From positions 67,296 through 131,295 of the forward strand of contig JAFQRE010000017.1 in assembly GCA_017410245.1 (NCBI GenBank): a stretch of 64,000 nt of DNA, given 5' to 3'. Under the pieces are notes generated by a model that was not told where the DNA came from, ran no database searches, and was given only the letters and a program-made list of their open reading frames with translations. Below, one piece after another: positions 1-12,276 of the stretch (positions are counted from its first letter, which is position 1; each line of letters begins with the position of its first letter). The stretch comes from Bacteroidaceae bacterium (GTDB lineage Bacteria > Bacteroidota > Bacteroidia > Bacteroidales > Barnesiellaceae_A). Both the position numbers and the translations under genes were made by a program.

Positions 1-111
1 ATCAACGTTAAGCTCATCAACCCCGTAGCTTGCGACAAGGGTCTTCGTTTCGCTATCCGTGAGGGTGGTCGTACAGTAGGTTCTGGTCAAATTACAGATA
101 TCCTCGACTAA
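1..111 (+). CDS. tuf: elongation factor Tu, C-terminal fragment (5' end lies outside the window)
   Basis: Frame 1 reads [36 protein letters not shown] then stop, matching the conserved EF-Tu C-terminus. It is followed by the canonical tRNA-Trp/secE/nusG synteny. Confidence 0.85.
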   Translation: MNVKLINPVACDKGLRFAIREGGRTVGSGQITDILD

Positions 112-135
112 TCTTAGCGAAGATGCAATAAAACT

Positions 136-169
136 ATCGCTCTTCCGATAATAAGGGGGAGCGATTTTA
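136..169 (+). terminator. stem-loop with T-tract downstream of tuf
   Basis: atcgctc (136-142) pairs with gagcgat (159-165) and is followed by tttt. Confidence 0.45.
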
Positions 170-170
170 T

Positions 171-243
171 ACGGGTTTAGCTCAGTTGGTAGAGCATTGG
201 TCTCCAAAACCAAGTGTCGGGAGTTCGAGTCTCTCAACCCGTG
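171..243 (+). tRNA. trnW: tRNA-Trp (anticodon CCA)
   Basis: Perfect 7-bp acceptor stem acgggtt/aacccgt. D-arm is tagctcagttggtagagc. Anticodon arm is ttggt-ctCCAaa-accaa. T-loop is ttcgagt. A1:U72 as in E. coli tRNA-Trp. CCA is not encoded. Confidence 0.9.
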
Positions 244-260
244 CTGAAAATATATAAGTT

Positions 261-458
261 ATGAAAGAATTGAAAATACTTGCTGATATAAAAGATTCTT
301 ATAACGAACTCGTTCATAAGGTATCTTGGCCGACGCAAAAGGAACTTGCGAATAGTGCTGTGGTAGTAATGTTTGCTTCCCTTATTATCGCTGCAGTCGT
401 TTTCGTGATGGACTTTTGTCTTGAGAACATAATGCATTTAATTTACGGCTTGTTTTAA
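261..458 (+). CDS. secE: preprotein translocase subunit SecE
   Basis: 65 aa with a single C-terminal TM helix (AVVVMFASLIIAAVVFVMDF). Conserved position between tRNA-Trp and nusG. Confidence 0.85.
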   Translation: MKELKILADIKDSYNELVHKVSWPTQKELANSAVVVMFASLIIAAVVFVMDFCLENIMHLIYGLF

Positions 459-474
459 TATCGGAGGTTGATCA

Positions 475-1023
475 ATGTCTGAAGGAAAGAAAGAGTGGTA
501 CGTATTGCGTGCCATAAGTGGTAAGGAGGCTAAGGTAAAAGAACTTCTTGATGCAGAAATCAAGAATACCGACCTTGGTCGCTATGTTTTTCAGGTTTTG
601 ATTCCTACCGAAAAAACTTATGTTGTAAGAAACGGAAAGAAGGTTGTGAAAGAACGCAATCTCTATTCCGGTTATGTTTTTATTGAAGCCATATTAGTAG
701 GCGAGGTGATACATCATCTTCGTAATACCACCAATGTTATTGACTTCCTTGGTGCCGATAAGAAATCGAGTAAACCGGTTCCTTTGCGTGCAAGCGAGGT
801 GAGTAGAATGTTGAGCGGAGCCGATGAGATGCCCGAAAGCGACTTGAACTATGTAGACTACGTTGTAGGTGAGACAGTGAAAGTTTGCTATGGGCCTTTC
901 AATGGTTTTGTAGGTGTTATAGAAGAGGTGGATAGCGCCAAGAAGAAGCTGAAAGTAATGGTTAAGATATTTGGTCGTAAAACGCCTCTTGAGTTGGAAA
1001 ATTCGCAAGTTGAGAGAGAATAA
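475..1023 (+). CDS. nusG: transcription termination/antitermination factor NusG
   Basis: 182 aa. NGN start WYVLRAISGKE and C-terminal KOW motif (GETVKVCYGPFNGFVGVIEEV). Confidence 0.95.
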   Translation: MSEGKKEWYVLRAISGKEAKVKELLDAEIKNTDLGRYVFQVLIPTEKTYVVRNGKKVVKERNLYSGYVFIEAILVGEVIHHLRNTTNVIDFLGADKKSSKPVPLRASEVSRMLSGADEMPESDLNYVDYVVGETVKVCYGPFNGFVGVIEEVDSAKKKLKVMVKIFGRKTPLELENSQVERE

Positions 1024-1077
1024 TGATGTTACGCATTTGAGGCTCTCAGATTTTAAACAAATCAAAAAAACAAAACA

Positions 1078-1518
1078 ATGGCTAAAGAAATTGCTGGACA
1101 GATCAAATTGCAGATCAAGGGTGGCGCAGCCAATCCTTCTCCCCCAGTAGGCCCTGCATTGGGTTCTAAGGGTATCAATATAATGGAGTTTTGCAAGCAA
1201 TTCAATGCCCGTACCCAAGACAAGGCTGGTAAAGTATTGCCTGTTATTATTACTTACTATTCGGACAAGTCTTTCGACTTTGTTGTGAAAACTCCTCCTG
1301 TAGCAATACAATTGATGGAAGTTTCAAAGCAAAAGAAAGGTTCGGCTGAGCCCAACCGTAAGAAAGTTGCCGAAATTACTTGGGAGCAGGTAAAAGCAAT
1401 TGCTACTGACAAAATGGTAGATTTGAACTGTTTTACTTTAGACTCTGCCATGCGCATGGTTGCCGGTACAGCGAGAAGTATGGGTATTGCCGTAAAAGGA
1501 GAATTCCCGGTAGAATAA
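1078..1518 (+). CDS. rplK: 50S ribosomal protein L11
   Basis: [29 protein letters not shown] is the L11 signature. Confidence 0.97.
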   Translation: MAKEIAGQIKLQIKGGAANPSPPVGPALGSKGINIMEFCKQFNARTQDKAGKVLPVIITYYSDKSFDFVVKTPPVAIQLMEVSKQKKGSAEPNRKKVAEITWEQVKAIATDKMVDLNCFTLDSAMRMVAGTARSMGIAVKGEFPVE

Positions 1519-1537
1519 TCATTAAACTTCAATTGAA

Positions 1538-2236
1538 ATGGGTAAACTGACAAAAAATCAAAAGTTAGCTTTAGCGAAAATTGAAGCAGGGAAGGCCTAC
1601 TCGCTCAAGGAAGCTTCGGAGTTGGTGAAAGAGATTACTTACACTAAGTTTGATGCATCTCTTGATATCGATGTACGTTTGGGTGTTGACCCTCGTAAGG
1701 CAAATCAGATGGTTCGCGGTGTAGTATCACTCCCCCACGGAACAGGTAAACAAGTACGTGTACTCGTATTGTGTACTCCCGATCAAGAGGAGGCTGCTAA
1801 GGCTGCAGGTGCCGACTACGTAGGTCTTGATGAATATATTGAGAAGATCAAAGGTGGTTGGACAGATATAGATGTAATCATCACCATGCCTGCTATCATG
1901 GGTAAAATAGGTGCTTTGGGTCGTGTGCTCGGTCCTCGTGGCTTGATGCCTAACCCCAAAAGTGGTACTGTTACACCCGATGTAGCTAAAGCTGTTAAAG
2001 AAGTAAAACAAGGTAAGATTGACTTCAAGGTCGATAAGAACGGTATAGTACATGCCTCTATAGGTAAGGTTTCTTTTACTCCCGAGCAAATCCGTGACAA
2101 CGCTAAAGAGTTTGTCATGACATTGATCAAGTTGAAACCTGCAACTGCTAAGGGTACTTATCTGAAGAGCATTTATCTTTCAAGTACTATGAGTCCGGGT
2201 GTTAAAGTAGACCCGAAATCAGTAGATGAAAATTAA
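1538..2236 (+). CDS. rplA: 50S ribosomal protein L1
   Basis: 232 aa. L1 motifs [13 protein letters not shown] and [10 protein letters not shown]. Confidence 0.97.
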   Translation: MGKLTKNQKLALAKIEAGKAYSLKEASELVKEITYTKFDASLDIDVRLGVDPRKANQMVRGVVSLPHGTGKQVRVLVLCTPDQEEAAKAAGADYVGLDEYIEKIKGGWTDIDVIITMPAIMGKIGALGRVLGPRGLMPNPKSGTVTPDVAKAVKEVKQGKIDFKVDKNGIVHASIGKVSFTPEQIRDNAKEFVMTLIKLKPATAKGTYLKSIYLSSTMSPGVKVDPKSVDEN

Positions 2237-2251
2237 TAAAAGCTACGAATT

Positions 2252-2767
2252 ATGAGAAAGGAAGATAAAAGCACAGTTATAGAGCAGATAGCAGCTACCG
2301 TTAAGGAGTATTCTTGCTTCTACCTTACTGAAACAACATCACTCAATGCTGAGAAGACCAGCCAATTGCGTCGTGCTTGCTTCAAGGAAGGTATCAAGAT
2401 GATGGTTGTAAAGAACAAATTGCTTAAGAAAGCACTTCTCTCACTCGAAGGTGACTATACTCCCCTCGATGCAGTGATGAAGGGTTCTACAACTATAATG
2501 TTCTCAAATGTCGGTAATGCACCGGCTAAACTTATCAAGGAGTTCTCTAAGAAATCGGAGCTCCCCGCGCTCAAGGCTGCTTATGTTGAAGAAAGCTTCT
2601 ACATTGGTGCCGATCAATTAGATGCATTGGTTGCTATCAAGAGCAAGAACGAGCTTATTGCAGACGTTGTTGCATTGTTGCAATCGCCCGCCAAGAACGT
2701 TATCTCGGCTCTTCAATCGGCCGGTGGTACTATCCATGGCGTATTGCAAACACTCTCTGAGCGTTAA
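2252..2767 (+). CDS. rplJ: 50S ribosomal protein L10
   Basis: 171 aa in the conserved position between rplA and rplL, with L10-like sequence. Confidence 0.93.
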   Translation: MRKEDKSTVIEQIAATVKEYSCFYLTETTSLNAEKTSQLRRACFKEGIKMMVVKNKLLKKALLSLEGDYTPLDAVMKGSTTIMFSNVGNAPAKLIKEFSKKSELPALKAAYVEESFYIGADQLDALVAIKSKNELIADVVALLQSPAKNVISALQSAGGTIHGVLQTLSER

Positions 2768-2819
2768 TTACTATACCTAACAAAAAAAGATTAATAAACA
2801 AATTAAACAAATAAAGAAA

Positions 2820-3194
2820 ATGGCAGATTTGAAAGCTTTTGCTGAACAATTGGTAAATTTGACCGTTAAAGAAGTTAACGAACTTGCTCAAATTTTGAAA
2901 GACGAGTATGGTATCGAACCCGCTGCTGCTGCTGTAGCTGTTGCTGCTCCCGCTGCTGCTGGTGCTGCTGCTGCTGAAGAGAAAACTGACTTTGATGTAG
3001 TTCTCAAATCAGCTGGTGCAAACAAACTCGCTGTGGTTAAGAAAGTTAAAGAGCTCTGTGGTCTTGGCTTGAAAGAGGCTAAAGATCTCGTAGATGGCGC
3101 TCCTGGCGTTGTTAAGGAAGCTCTTCCCAAAGCTGAAGCCGAGGGCCTCAAGAAAGAACTTGAGGAGGCTGGTGCTGAAGTTGAACTTAAATAA
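2820..3194 (+). CDS. rplL: 50S ribosomal protein L7/L12
   Basis: 124 aa. Ala-rich hinge and C-terminal [12 protein letters not shown]...EAGAEVELK signature. Confidence 0.97.
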   Translation: MADLKAFAEQLVNLTVKEVNELAQILKDEYGIEPAAAAVAVAAPAAAGAAAAEEKTDFDVVLKSAGANKLAVVKKVKELCGLGLKEAKDLVDGAPGVVKEALPKAEAEGLKKELEEAGAEVELK

Positions 3195-3217
3195 TAACCT
3201 GTTTTACAGGTATTTGG

Positions 3218-3254
3218 GTTAGGAATCATCGGTGTGATGATTCTTAACCTTTTG
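3218..3254 (+). terminator. rplL-rpoB intergenic attenuator-like hairpin with T-tract
   Basis: gttaggaatcatc (3218-3230) pairs with gatgattcttaac (3236-3248) with one G-U pair, then c-tttt. A partial terminator at this position is known in the E. coli rplJL-rpoBC operon. Confidence 0.45.
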
Positions 3255-3295
3255 TGTTTATAGTTTAAAATTAAGTTCACTAAATTCACTTTTTA

Positions 3296-6200
3296 ATGTC
3301 TTCTACTACTCGTAAAGCGCGTGTAAACTTCGCTTCGATTAAAAATCCGTTGCCCTATCCCGACTTTTTGGAGGTGCAATTGAAGTCGTTCCAAGACTTC
3401 CTACAGTTAGACACACCCCAAGAGAAACGTAAAAACGAGGGCTTATATAAGGTTTTTTCTGAAAACTTCCCAATTGCCGATACAAGGAATAATTTTGTCC
3501 TTGAGTTCCTTGATTACTATATTGACCCGCCTCGCTACACCATCGACGAGTGTCTTGAGCGTGGTACAACATATAGTGTGCCCTTAAAGGCAAAGTTAAA
3601 ACTTTACTGTACCGACCCCGATCATGAAGATTTTGCTCCCGTTATACAAGATGTGTATTTGGGCCCAATTCCTTACATGACCGATCGTGCTACCTTTGTT
3701 ATTAATGGAGCCGAGCGTGTCGTAGTATCGCAGTTGCACCGTTCGCCCGGTGTGTTTTTCGGACAAAGTACTCATGCCAATGGTACCAAGCTCTATTCGG
3801 CTCGTATCATTCCCTTCAGAGGATCTTGGATTGAGTTTGCTACTGACATAAACAATGTCATGTATGCTTACATTGACCGTAAGAAGAAATTACCTGTTAC
3901 AACTCTGTTGCGTGCTATCGGTTTCGAGAGCGACCGTGATATCCTCGAGATATTCAATTTGGCTGAGGATATGAAAGTTACTAAGACTAACTTGAAGAAA
4001 GCTGTTGGTCGCCGTATGGCAGCACGTGTATTGCGCACTTGGGTCGAAGACTTCGTAGATGAAGATACCGGTGAGATTTCGTCAATCACTCGTAACGATG
4101 TTGTTATTGAGCGTGAGACTGTCTTGACTGAGGATCATATTGCAACTATCCTTGATAGCGGTGTACAAAGCATTCTTTTGCACAAAGACGACACTAATAC
4201 AAGCGATTATGCAATCATCTTCAACACATTGCAGAAAGATACCAGCAACTCTGAAAAAGAGGCTGTCGAATATATATATCATCAACTCCGTAACGCCGAC
4301 CCTGCCGATGAGGCAAGTGCTCGTGAGGTGATTACCAACCTCTTCTTCTCGGAGAAGCGTTACGACTTGGGCGAGGTAGGTCGCTATCGTATGAATAAGA
4401 AGCTCAACCTTACCATCGACCAAAGCATTAAGGTACTTACCAAAGAAGATATCATTGAGATTATCAAGTACCTTATTGAACTTATCAACTCAAAGACCGA
4501 TGTCGATGATATCGACCACTTGAGCAACCGTCGTGTGCGCACTGTGGGTGAGCAATTGTACAACCAATTTGGTGTTGGCTTGGCTCGTATGGCACGTACT
4601 ATTCGTGAGCGTATGAATGTGCGTGACAATGAGGTGTTCACACCCATTGACCTTATTAATGCCAAGACCATATCGTCGGTAGTCAATAGCTTCTTTGGTA
4701 CCAATGCGTTGTCGCAATTTATGGACCAAACCAATCCCCTTGCCGAGATGACACACAAACGCCGTATGTCGGCTTTGGGTCCCGGCGGTCTGTCGCGTGA
4801 GCGTGCAGGTTTCGAGGTGCGTGACGTACACTATACTCACTATGGTCGTCTTTGTCCTATCGAGACTCCTGAGGGTCCTAATATCGGTCTTATTTCGTCA
4901 CTTTGTGTATATGCCAAAATCAACGATCTTGGCTTCATTGAGACTCCCTATCGTGTTGTGAAAGATGGTAAGGTAAATCTTGCCAACGACGAGGTTGTAT
5001 ATCTTACTGCCGAGGTAGAGGAGGGTAAGGTGATTGCACAAGGTAACGCTCCTTTGAAAGATAATGGCGATTTTGTAAACAATCGTATCAAGGCTCGTCT
5101 TGATGCCGACTTCCCCTTGGCTACTCCCGACGAGGTTGAGCTCATGGACGTATCGCCTACACAGATTGCCTCTATCGCAGCTTCGCTCATTCCCTTCCTC
5201 GAGCACGATGATGCTAACCGTGCGTTGATGGGATCGAACATGATGCGTCAGGCAGTTCCCTTGTTGCGTAGCGAGTCACCTATCGTAGGTACCGGTCTTG
5301 AGGGTCAGCTCATTCGCGACTCTCGTACTCAGATTACTGCCGAAGGTGAAGGTGTTATCGAGTATGTTGATGCAACCACTATACGCATTCGCTACGACCG
5401 CACTGCCGACGAAGAGTTTACTTCGTTTGTAGATGCAGTGAAGGAGTATAACATTCCTAAATTCCGCAAAACCAACCAAAGTACTACAATAGACTTGCGT
5501 CCCATCTGCACGAAGGGTCAGCGAGTTACCGAAGGTCAAATCCTTACCGAAGGTTACTCTACCGAAAACGGAGAGTTGGCTCTTGGTCGCAACCTCAAGG
5601 TGGCATTCATGCCCTGGAAGGGTTATAACTATGAGGACGCAATTGTGCTCAATGAGCGCGTAGTGCGTGAGGATATACTCACATCGGTACACGTTGATGA
5701 GTATACTCTCGAAGTGCGTGAGACCAAGCGTGGTATGGAGGAACTTACTTCCGATATCCCCAATGTAAGCGAAGATGCTACCAAGGATCTTGATGAGAAT
5801 GGCGTAATACGTGTAGGTGCACGTGTTAATCCCGGTGACATCATGATTGGTAAGATTACTCCTAAGGGTGAGTCGGATCCTTCGCCCGAAGAGAAACTTC
5901 TTCGTGCTATCTTTGGCGATAAGGCCGGTGATGTGAAAGATGCTTCGTTGAAGGCGACACCCTCGTTGAAGGGTGTGGTAATAGGCACAAACATCTATTC
6001 ACGTGCCATGAAGAAGAAAAAATCGCGCTTGAGCGACAAAGCGAAGTTGCAACAATATGATGATGAGTATGAAGTAAAGCAGAACAAGGTAAAAGAAATC
6101 CTTATTGACAAACTTCTCACACTTACTGCCGGTAAGACTTCGATGGGTGTAAAAGACTTCATGGGTGACGATGTCATTGCCAAGGGAGCTAAATTTACAG

Positions 6201-7108
6201 CTGCTGCGCTCAACAAGATTGATTATACAACCATTCAGGTGAGCAAGTGGACTTCAGATCCTGCCAAGAATGAGCTTATACGTGCTACTATCATCAACTA
6301 CTTGCGCAAGTACAAAGAACTTGACACTGAGTTGCGTCGTCGCAAATTTGATGAGTCGGTAGGAGACGAGCTTCCCCAAGGTATCGTACAACTTGCCAAG
6401 GTGTACATTGCCAAGAAACGTAAGATAAGCGTAGGTGATAAGATGGCGGGTCGTCACGGTAATAAGGGTATTGTATCTCGTATTGTTCGACAAGAAGATA
6501 TGCCCTTCCTTGCCGATGGTACTCCTGTCGATATCGTACTCAACCCCCTTGGTGTGCCCTCGCGTATGAACCTCGGTCAGATTTTTGAGACCGTTCTTGG
6601 TTGGGCCGGTCAAGTGCTCGGAGAGAAGTTTGCTACACCTATTTTCGATGGTGCCTCGCTCGATGACTTGAATGAGTGGACTGATAAGGCCGGCCTTCCC
6701 CGTTACGGAAAGACCTATCTCTATGATGGTGGTACAGGCGATCGCTTCGACCAACCCGCTACAGTAGGTGTTATCTACATGCTCAAGTTGGGTCACATGG
6801 TTGAGGATAAGATGCACGCACGTTCTATCGGTCCGTACTCACTCATTACACAACAACCCTTGGGTGGTAAGGCACAATTTGGTGGACAACGTTTCGGAGA
6901 GATGGAGGTATGGGCACTCGAGGCATTCGGTGCATCTCACATCTTGCAAGAGATACTTACCGTTAAGAGTGACGATGTTGTAGGACGTTCTAAAGCATAC
7001 GAGGCAATAGTTAAGGGCGAGTCTATGCCTACACCGGGTATCCCCGAGTCGCTTAACGTATTGTTGCATGAGTTGCGTGGTCTCGGACTTAGCGTCACAT
7101 TAGACTAA
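3296..7108 (+). CDS. rpoB: DNA-directed RNA polymerase subunit beta
   Basis: 1270 aa with diagnostic motifs such as [15 protein letters not shown] and [15 protein letters not shown]. Confidence 0.99.
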   Translation: MSSTTRKARVNFASIKNPLPYPDFLEVQLKSFQDFLQLDTPQEKRKNEGLYKVFSENFPIADTRNNFVLEFLDYYIDPPRYTIDECLERGTTYSVPLKAKLKLYCTDPDHEDFAPVIQDVYLGPIPYMTDRATFVINGAERVVVSQLHRSPGVFFGQSTHANGTKLYSARIIPFRGSWIEFATDINNVMYAYIDRKKKLPVTTLLRAIGFESDRDILEIFNLAEDMKVTKTNLKKAVGRRMAARVLRTWVEDFVDEDTGEISSITRNDVVIERETVLTEDHIATILDSGVQSILLHKDDTNTSDYAIIFNTLQKDTSNSEKEAVEYIYHQLRNADPADEASAREVITNLFFSEKRYDLGEVGRYRMNKKLNLTIDQSIKVLTKEDIIEIIKYLIELINSKTDVDDIDHLSNRRVRTVGEQLYNQFGVGLARMARTIRERMNVRDNEVFTPIDLINAKTISSVVNSFFGTNALSQFMDQTNPLAEMTHKRRMSALGPGGLSRERAGFEVRDVHYTHYGRLCPIETPEGPNIGLISSLCVYAKINDLGFIETPYRVVKDGKVNLANDEVVYLTAEVEEGKVIAQGNAPLKDNGDFVNNRIKARLDADFPLATPDEVELMDVSPTQIASIAASLIPFLEHDDANRALMGSNMMRQAVPLLRSESPIVGTGLEGQLIRDSRTQITAEGEGVIEYVDATTIRIRYDRTADEEFTSFVDAVKEYNIPKFRKTNQSTTIDLRPICTKGQRVTEGQILTEGYSTENGELALGRNLKVAFMPWKGYNYEDAIVLNERVVREDILTSVHVDEYTLEVRETKRGMEELTSDIPNVSEDATKDLDENGVIRVGARVNPGDIMIGKITPKGESDPSPEEKLLRAIFGDKAGDVKDASLKATPSLKGVVIGTNIYSRAMKKKKSRLSDKAKLQQYDDEYEVKQNKVKEILIDKLLTLTAGKTSMGVKDFMGDDVIAKGAKFTAAALNKIDYTTIQVSKWTSDPAKNELIRATIINYLRKYKELDTELRRRKFDESVGDELPQGIVQLAKVYIAKKRKISVGDKMAGRHGNKGIVSRIVRQEDMPFLADGTPVDIVLNPLGVPSRMNLGQIFETVLGWAGQVLGEKFATPIFDGASLDDLNEWTDKAGLPRYGKTYLYDGGTGDRFDQPATVGVIYMLKLGHMVEDKMHARSIGPYSLITQQPLGGKAQFGGQRFGEMEVWALEAFGASHILQEILTVKSDDVVGRSKAYEAIVKGESMPTPGIPESLNVLLHELRGLGLSVTLD

Positions 7109-7119
7109 AACTAATTCTA

Positions 7120-7151
7120 CCGCTTCCCTCCCCTTTGGGGGACGGGAGCGG
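7120..7151 (+). other. rpoB-rpoC intergenic stem-loop with no T-tract
   Basis: ccgcttccctcccc (7120-7133) pairs with gggacgggagcgg (7139-7151), about 13 bp with one mismatch and one G-U pair. It is followed by A-rich sequence, so it is not a classical terminator. Confidence 0.3.
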
Positions 7152-7191
7152 ATAAATATAAGAAATTCAACTCTTTAGTAAGAAGAAAAAT

Positions 7192-10100
7192 ATGGCTTTC
7201 AGAAGAGAAAATAAAATAAAGAGTAACTTCTCGAAGATTTCAATTGGTTTGGCATCTCCCGAAGAGATACTCGAAAATTCGAGTGGCGAAGTCCTGAAAC
7301 CCGAGACTATCAACTATCGTACTTATAAGCCCGAGCGTGATGGTTTGTTCTGCGAGCGCATCTTTGGTCCTGTTAAGGACTATGAGTGCCATTGCGGTAA
7401 GTACAAACGCATTCGTTACAAAGGTATTGTGTGTGACCGTTGTGGTGTAGAGGTGACAGAGAAGAAAGTTCGTCGCGAGCGCATGGGTCACATTCAGTTG
7501 GTTGTGCCTGTAGCTCACATCTGGTATTTCCGCTCATTGCCCAATAAGATAGGCTATCTGTTGGGTATGCCCAGCAAGAAACTCGATGCCGTAATATACT
7601 ATGAGCGTTACGTTGTCGTGCAACCCGGTGTTGTAGAAGAATACCAAACCTACGACTTGCTCACAGAGGAAGAGTACCTCAAGATTATGGAGGAGTTGCC
7701 TCGTGAGAACCAAATGCTTGAAGACAGCGATCCCAATAAGTTCATCGCCAAGATGGGTGCAGAGGCCATCTACGACCTCTTGTCGCGCATCGACTTGGAC
7801 GGCCTCTCGTATGAGTTGCGCGACCGTGCCAGCAAAGATGGCTCACAACAACGCAAAACAGAGGCTTTGAAGCGTCTGCAAGTAGTTGAGTCTTTCCGTG
7901 CTTCGAAGGAGCGTAACCGTCCCGAGTGGATGATATTGAAAGTAGTACCTGTTATTCCGCCCGAGTTGCGTCCTTTGGTACCCCTTGATGGTGGCCGTTT
8001 TGCTACTTCCGACCTTAATGACTTGTATCGTCGTGTTATCATACGTAACAATCGTCTCAAACGTTTGATGGAAATCAAAGCTCCTGAGGTGATCTTGCGT
8101 AACGAAAAACGTATGTTGCAAGAGGCAGTCGATTCGTTGCTCGACAATTCACGTAAGTCGAGTGCTGTAAAGACCGAGGCTAACCGTCCTTTGAAATCGC
8201 TTTCAGATAGCTTGAAGGGTAAACAAGGTCGCTTCCGTCAGAACTTGCTCGGTAAACGTGTCGATTACTCGGCTCGTTCGGTAATCGTTGTTGGTCCTGA
8301 GTTGAAGATGCACGAGTGCGGTCTGCCCAAGGATATGGCTGCCGAGCTTTACAAACCGTTCGTTATCCGCAAGCTCATCGAGCGTGGCATTGTTAAGACT
8401 GTTAAGTCGGCCAAGAAGATTGTCGATCGCAAGGGTCCCGAGGTATGGGATATTCTTGAGCACGTAATGAAAGGTCACCCTGTATTGCTCAACCGTGCAC
8501 CAACACTTCACCGTCTGGGTATTCAGGCTTTCCAACCTCGCATGATCGAGGGTAAGGCTATCCAATTGCACCCGCTGGCTTGTACTGCGTTCAATGCCGA
8601 CTTCGACGGTGACCAAATGGCCGTTCACTTGCCCCTCGGCAATGAGGCTATTCTTGAGGCTCAAATGCTCATGTTGGGCGCACACAATATATTGAACCCT
8701 GCCAATGGCGCACCTATCACTGTGCCTTCGCAAGACATGGTGTTGGGTCTCTACTATATTACCAAACTTCGTCCCGGTACAAAGGGCGAGGGCTTGAAGT
8801 TCTATGGCCCCGAAGAGGCAGAAATTGCTTACAACGAGGGTAAGGTAGATTTGCATGCTCCTGTTTCGGTTATAGTTAAAGACATAGATGCCGATGGCAA
8901 TCCTATAGAACATCTTGTAGAGAATACCTCTGTAGGTCGTATTCTTGTCAATCAATATGTACCCCAAGAGATTGGTTATGTAAACGAAATCTTGTCTAAG
9001 AAGTCGTTGCGTGACATCATCAGCCGTGTTATCAAGGTGTGTGGTGTGACTCGCTCGGCTCAGTTCCTCGATGATATCAAGAACCTCGGTTACTTGATGG
9101 CATTCCGTGGTGGCTTGTCGTTCAACTTGGGCGACGTTATTATCCCCGCAGAGAAAGAGGCTCTCGTAAAAGAGGGTTATGCCGAGGTAGAGCAAATCAT
9201 GGCTAACTATAGCATGGGTTTCATTACCAACAATGAGCGTTATAACCAAATCATCGATACTTGGACTCACGTTAACTCGAACCTCTCAAATATCTTGATG
9301 AAACAGTTGTCGAGCGACAATCAAGGTTTCAACTCGGTATATATGATGCTCGACTCAGGAGCTCGTGGTTCTAAAGACCAGATTCGTCAGCTCTCGGGTA
9401 TGCGTGGTCTTATGGCTAAACCTCAAAAGGCCGGTGCCGAGGGTGGTCAGATTATCGAGAACCCCATCTTGTCGAACTTCAAGGAAGGTCTTTCGGTGTT
9501 GGAGTACTTCATTTCAACCCACGGTGCCCGTAAGGGTCTTGCCGATACCGCGTTGAAGACTGCCGATGCCGGTTACTTGACACGTCGTCTTGTCGATGTG
9601 GCTCACGATGTGATTATCACCGAGGAGGATTGTGGTACATTGCGTGGTCTCGTATGCACCGAGGTGAAAGACAACGAGAACGTCGTTGCAACACTCAGCG
9701 AGCGTATCTTGGGTCGCGTTTCGGTACACGATGTATATCACCCCATCACAGGCGAGTTGCTTGTGGAGTCGGGTCAAGAGATAACCGATGCTATTGCTAA
9801 GAAGATTGAAGAATCGCCCATCGAGCGTGTTGAGATACGTTCGGTACTCACTTGTGAGTCGAAGAAGGGTGTTTGTGCCAAGTGTTATGGCCGCAACCTT
9901 TCTAACAACCGCATGGTACAGAAGGGTGAGGCTGTAGGTGTGATTGCCGCACAATCAATTGGTGAGCCGGGTACTCAGCTTACACTGCGTACATTCCACG
10001 TCGGTGGTGTCGCTTCAAATATTGCAGCCGTTTCAAATGTAACATCTCGCTACGATGGTGTGCTTGAGATTGACGAGTTGCGTACAGTAGATTATATAGA

Positions 10101-11460
10101 CGAGAATGGCGGAAAACAACTTATCGTTGTAGGTCGTTTGGCCGAGATGCGTATTGTCGATCCCAATACCAAGATGGTACTTACATCGGCCAATATACCT
10201 TATGGCTCGAAACTCTACTTCAACAGTGGCGATAATGTGAAGAAAGGCGATATGATATGCGAATGGGACCCCTTCAACGCTGTTATCGTATCGGAGGCTA
10301 CCGGTAAGGTTGCTTTTGAAAACGTTGAAGAGGGTGTAACCTACCGCGTTGAGAGTGACGAGACAACCGGTTTGCGTGAGAAGATTATCACTGAGTCGAA
10401 AGACCGTACTCGCGTGCCTGCAGCATCTATTCTCGACGAGAATGGCGAGGTATTGCGTAGCTACTCACTCCCTGTAGGTGCTCACTTGCTCATCGAAGAG
10501 GGTCACAATATGCGTGCCGGTGAGGTATTTGTCAAGATACCTCGTGCACAAGGTAAGGCTGGTGATATCACCGGTGGTTTGCCTCGTGTTACCGAGTTGT
10601 TCGAGGCTCGTAATCCTTCAAATCCCGCTATTGTATCGGAAATCGATGGTGAAGTACACTTCGGTAAGATCAAACGTGGTAATCGTGAAATCTCGGTTGA
10701 GTCTAAGACCGGTGAAATCAAGAAATACCTCGTGCCCCTATCGAAACAAATTCTTGTACAAGAAAACGACTATGTACGTGCCGGAACACCTCTCTCGGAC
10801 GGTGCTGTAACTCCCTCCGACATCTTGTCTATCAAGGGTCCCACAGCCGTACAAGAGTATATCGTGAACGAAGTACAAGACGTGTACCGTATGCAAGGTG
10901 TGAAGATCAACGATAAGCACTTTGAGGTAATCGTGCGTCAGATGATGCGTAAGGTTAATATCCTTGATCCGGGTGATACTCGCTTCCTCGAGCAACAAAT
11001 TGTTGATAAACGTGAGTTTATGGACGAGAATGACCGTATATGGGGTAAGAAAGTCGTGGTAGATGCCGGCGACTCACAAAACCTTCGTGCCGGTCAGATC
11101 GTGACAGCACGTCGTCTCCGCGATGAGAACTCTTCACTTAAACGTCGTGACTTGCGTCCTGTTGAGGTACGCGATGCTATACCTGCTACATCGGAGCAAA
11201 TCTTGCAAGGTATTACACGTGCCGCATTGCAGACATCGAGCTTCATGTCGGCTGCATCGTTCCAAGAGACTACCAAGGTGCTCAACGAGGCTGCTATCGT
11301 GGGCAAGGTAGATACTCTCGAGGGTATGAAGGAGAACGTTATCTGCGGTCACCTCATTCCTGCCGGTACCGGTTTGCGCGAATACGAACGTTTGGTTGTT
11401 GGTTCGAAAGAGGACTTTGAGCGTAGCATGGCCAATCGTAAGGCTGTTACCGACTTCTGA
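7192..11460 (+). CDS. rpoC: DNA-directed RNA polymerase subunit beta prime
   Basis: 1422 aa. Zn-binding [20 protein letters not shown] and catalytic NADFDGD motifs. Confidence 0.99.
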   Translation: MAFRRENKIKSNFSKISIGLASPEEILENSSGEVLKPETINYRTYKPERDGLFCERIFGPVKDYECHCGKYKRIRYKGIVCDRCGVEVTEKKVRRERMGHIQLVVPVAHIWYFRSLPNKIGYLLGMPSKKLDAVIYYERYVVVQPGVVEEYQTYDLLTEEEYLKIMEELPRENQMLEDSDPNKFIAKMGAEAIYDLLSRIDLDGLSYELRDRASKDGSQQRKTEALKRLQVVESFRASKERNRPEWMILKVVPVIPPELRPLVPLDGGRFATSDLNDLYRRVIIRNNRLKRLMEIKAPEVILRNEKRMLQEAVDSLLDNSRKSSAVKTEANRPLKSLSDSLKGKQGRFRQNLLGKRVDYSARSVIVVGPELKMHECGLPKDMAAELYKPFVIRKLIERGIVKTVKSAKKIVDRKGPEVWDILEHVMKGHPVLLNRAPTLHRLGIQAFQPRMIEGKAIQLHPLACTAFNADFDGDQMAVHLPLGNEAILEAQMLMLGAHNILNPANGAPITVPSQDMVLGLYYITKLRPGTKGEGLKFYGPEEAEIAYNEGKVDLHAPVSVIVKDIDADGNPIEHLVENTSVGRILVNQYVPQEIGYVNEILSKKSLRDIISRVIKVCGVTRSAQFLDDIKNLGYLMAFRGGLSFNLGDVIIPAEKEALVKEGYAEVEQIMANYSMGFITNNERYNQIIDTWTHVNSNLSNILMKQLSSDNQGFNSVYMMLDSGARGSKDQIRQLSGMRGLMAKPQKAGAEGGQIIENPILSNFKEGLSVLEYFISTHGARKGLADTALKTADAGYLTRRLVDVAHDVIITEEDCGTLRGLVCTEVKDNENVVATLSERILGRVSVHDVYHPITGELLVESGQEITDAIAKKIEESPIERVEIRSVLTCESKKGVCAKCYGRNLSNNRMVQKGEAVGVIAAQSIGEPGTQLTLRTFHVGGVASNIAAVSNVTSRYDGVLEIDELRTVDYIDENGGKQLIVVGRLAEMRIVDPNTKMVLTSANIPYGSKLYFNSGDNVKKGDMICEWDPFNAVIVSEATGKVAFENVEEGVTYRVESDETTGLREKIITESKDRTRVPAASILDENGEVLRSYSLPVGAHLLIEEGHNMRAGEVFVKIPRAQGKAGDITGGLPRVTELFEARNPSNPAIVSEIDGEVHFGKIKRGNREISVESKTGEIKKYLVPLSKQILVQENDYVRAGTPLSDGAVTPSDILSIKGPTAVQEYIVNEVQDVYRMQGVKINDKHFEVIVRQMMRKVNILDPGDTRFLEQQIVDKREFMDENDRIWGKKVVVDAGDSQNLRAGQIVTARRLRDENSSLKRRDLRPVEVRDAIPATSEQILQGITRAALQTSSFMSAASFQETTKVLNEAAIVGKVDTLEGMKENVICGHLIPAGTGLREYERLVVGSKEDFERSMANRKAVTDF

Positions 11461-11481
11461 TAATGTAACACATCAATATAT

Positions 11482-11516
11482 GCGGTGCAACGGGTTATCC
11501 GTTGCACCGCTTTTTT
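11482..11516 (+). terminator. rho-independent terminator of the rpoBC operon
   Basis: Perfect 12-bp stem gcggtgcaacgg/ccgttgcaccgc with a 5-nt loop, followed by tttttt. Confidence 0.8.
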
Positions 11517-11602
11517 ATGCTATAATGAGATTGGAGGGGGGTTGTGATTATTTTATATATTCGATTAAAAACTTTGAGCTCGCAAAGTTTGTGGTTGAAG
11601 AG

Positions 11603-11639
11603 AAAAAAACAACCCCACACACCTTGGTGTATGGGGTTG
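11603..11639 (-). terminator. rho-independent terminator downstream of the FKBP gene
   Basis: On the minus strand, a long stem (caacccca...tggggttg plus an inner acacc/ggtgt pairing) is followed by a 7-nt T-run (the plus-strand A-run at 11603-11609). Confidence 0.6.
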
Positions 11640-11664
11640 TTGATGGTATGTACTACTATGAGTA

Positions 11665-12252
11665 TTATTTAACGGGCTTTTCAAGACCGGGAATATCCCG
11701 CAGTTTAATATCGAACACAAGAGTTGAGTATGGAAGCAAAATATCGGACGTGTATTTGTCGCCATATCCGCAAGTGTGGGGTATAATCACTTGGCAGTGG
11801 TCTCCCACGTGCATGTTTGTCAAGGCTATTACCCAACCTTTTATGTTGTCGGATAATTTCGAACGATATATGCTATCGCCATAGGCGGTGTTATTGAAAG
11901 ACGTATCGAAGATTGTGTCTTGATATGTAGTGCCCTTGTATATAACGTCGATATAGCTTGTAGAGTAGGGGCGCATAGCGTTTTCGGTGAGGCTGCGGTC
12001 GTTATACCAACGCATGAGTATTGTCGAACTTGCGTCCCACGATGGAGTTATGCGTTCGTAAACGAGCTTGCCGGTAGAGTCGGTTTCGGCATATTTTTCC
12101 TCAAAGAAAGCGAGGTTGGCCTTGCGCCAATTGGCATACTCTACCCAGTAGTTCTTTCTCTCTTCCTCATCTTCGTCTTTCTCCTCTTCGCAGGCTACAA
12201 AGATGGTAGGCAAAATTATCAAGGCAACTGCCCAAAGCAAAAATTTCTTCAT
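11665..12252 (-). CDS. FKBP-type peptidyl-prolyl cis-trans isomerase, lipoprotein
   Basis: Signal peptide with lipobox-like IFVAC. FKBP core pattern IKGWVIALTNMHVGDHCQVIIPHTCGYG...LPYSTLVFDIKL. Confidence 0.8.
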   Translation of the reverse strand: MKKFLLWAVALIILPTIFVACEEEKDEDEEERKNYWVEYANWRKANLAFFEEKYAETDSTGKLVYERITPSWDASSTILMRWYNDRSLTENAMRPYSTSYIDVIYKGTTYQDTIFDTSFNNTAYGDSIYRSKLSDNIKGWVIALTNMHVGDHCQVIIPHTCGYGDKYTSDILLPYSTLVFDIKLRDIPGLEKPVK

Positions 12253-12276
12253 TGTCAGTCCGATAAGTATTAAATC

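Noticed and set aside
2921-2976. A GCT-rich trinucleotide-like repeat (gctgctgctgctgta...gctgctgctgct).
   Set aside because: It encodes the normal Ala-rich flexible hinge of ribosomal protein L7/L12. It is not an anomalous microsatellite.
8203-9270. A 355-aa ORF on the minus strand inside rpoC.
   Set aside because: It lies entirely antisense to a perfectly conserved rpoC reading frame. Its composition is low-complexity and shadow-like, with no start context or recognisable motifs. Long antisense ORFs are expected opposite GC3-biased genes.
11396-11884. A 162-aa plus-strand ORF spanning the rpoC 3' end, both terminators and the FKBP gene 3' end.
   Set aside because: It runs through two rho-independent terminators and overlaps two well-supported genes. 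Its sequence has no recognisable features.
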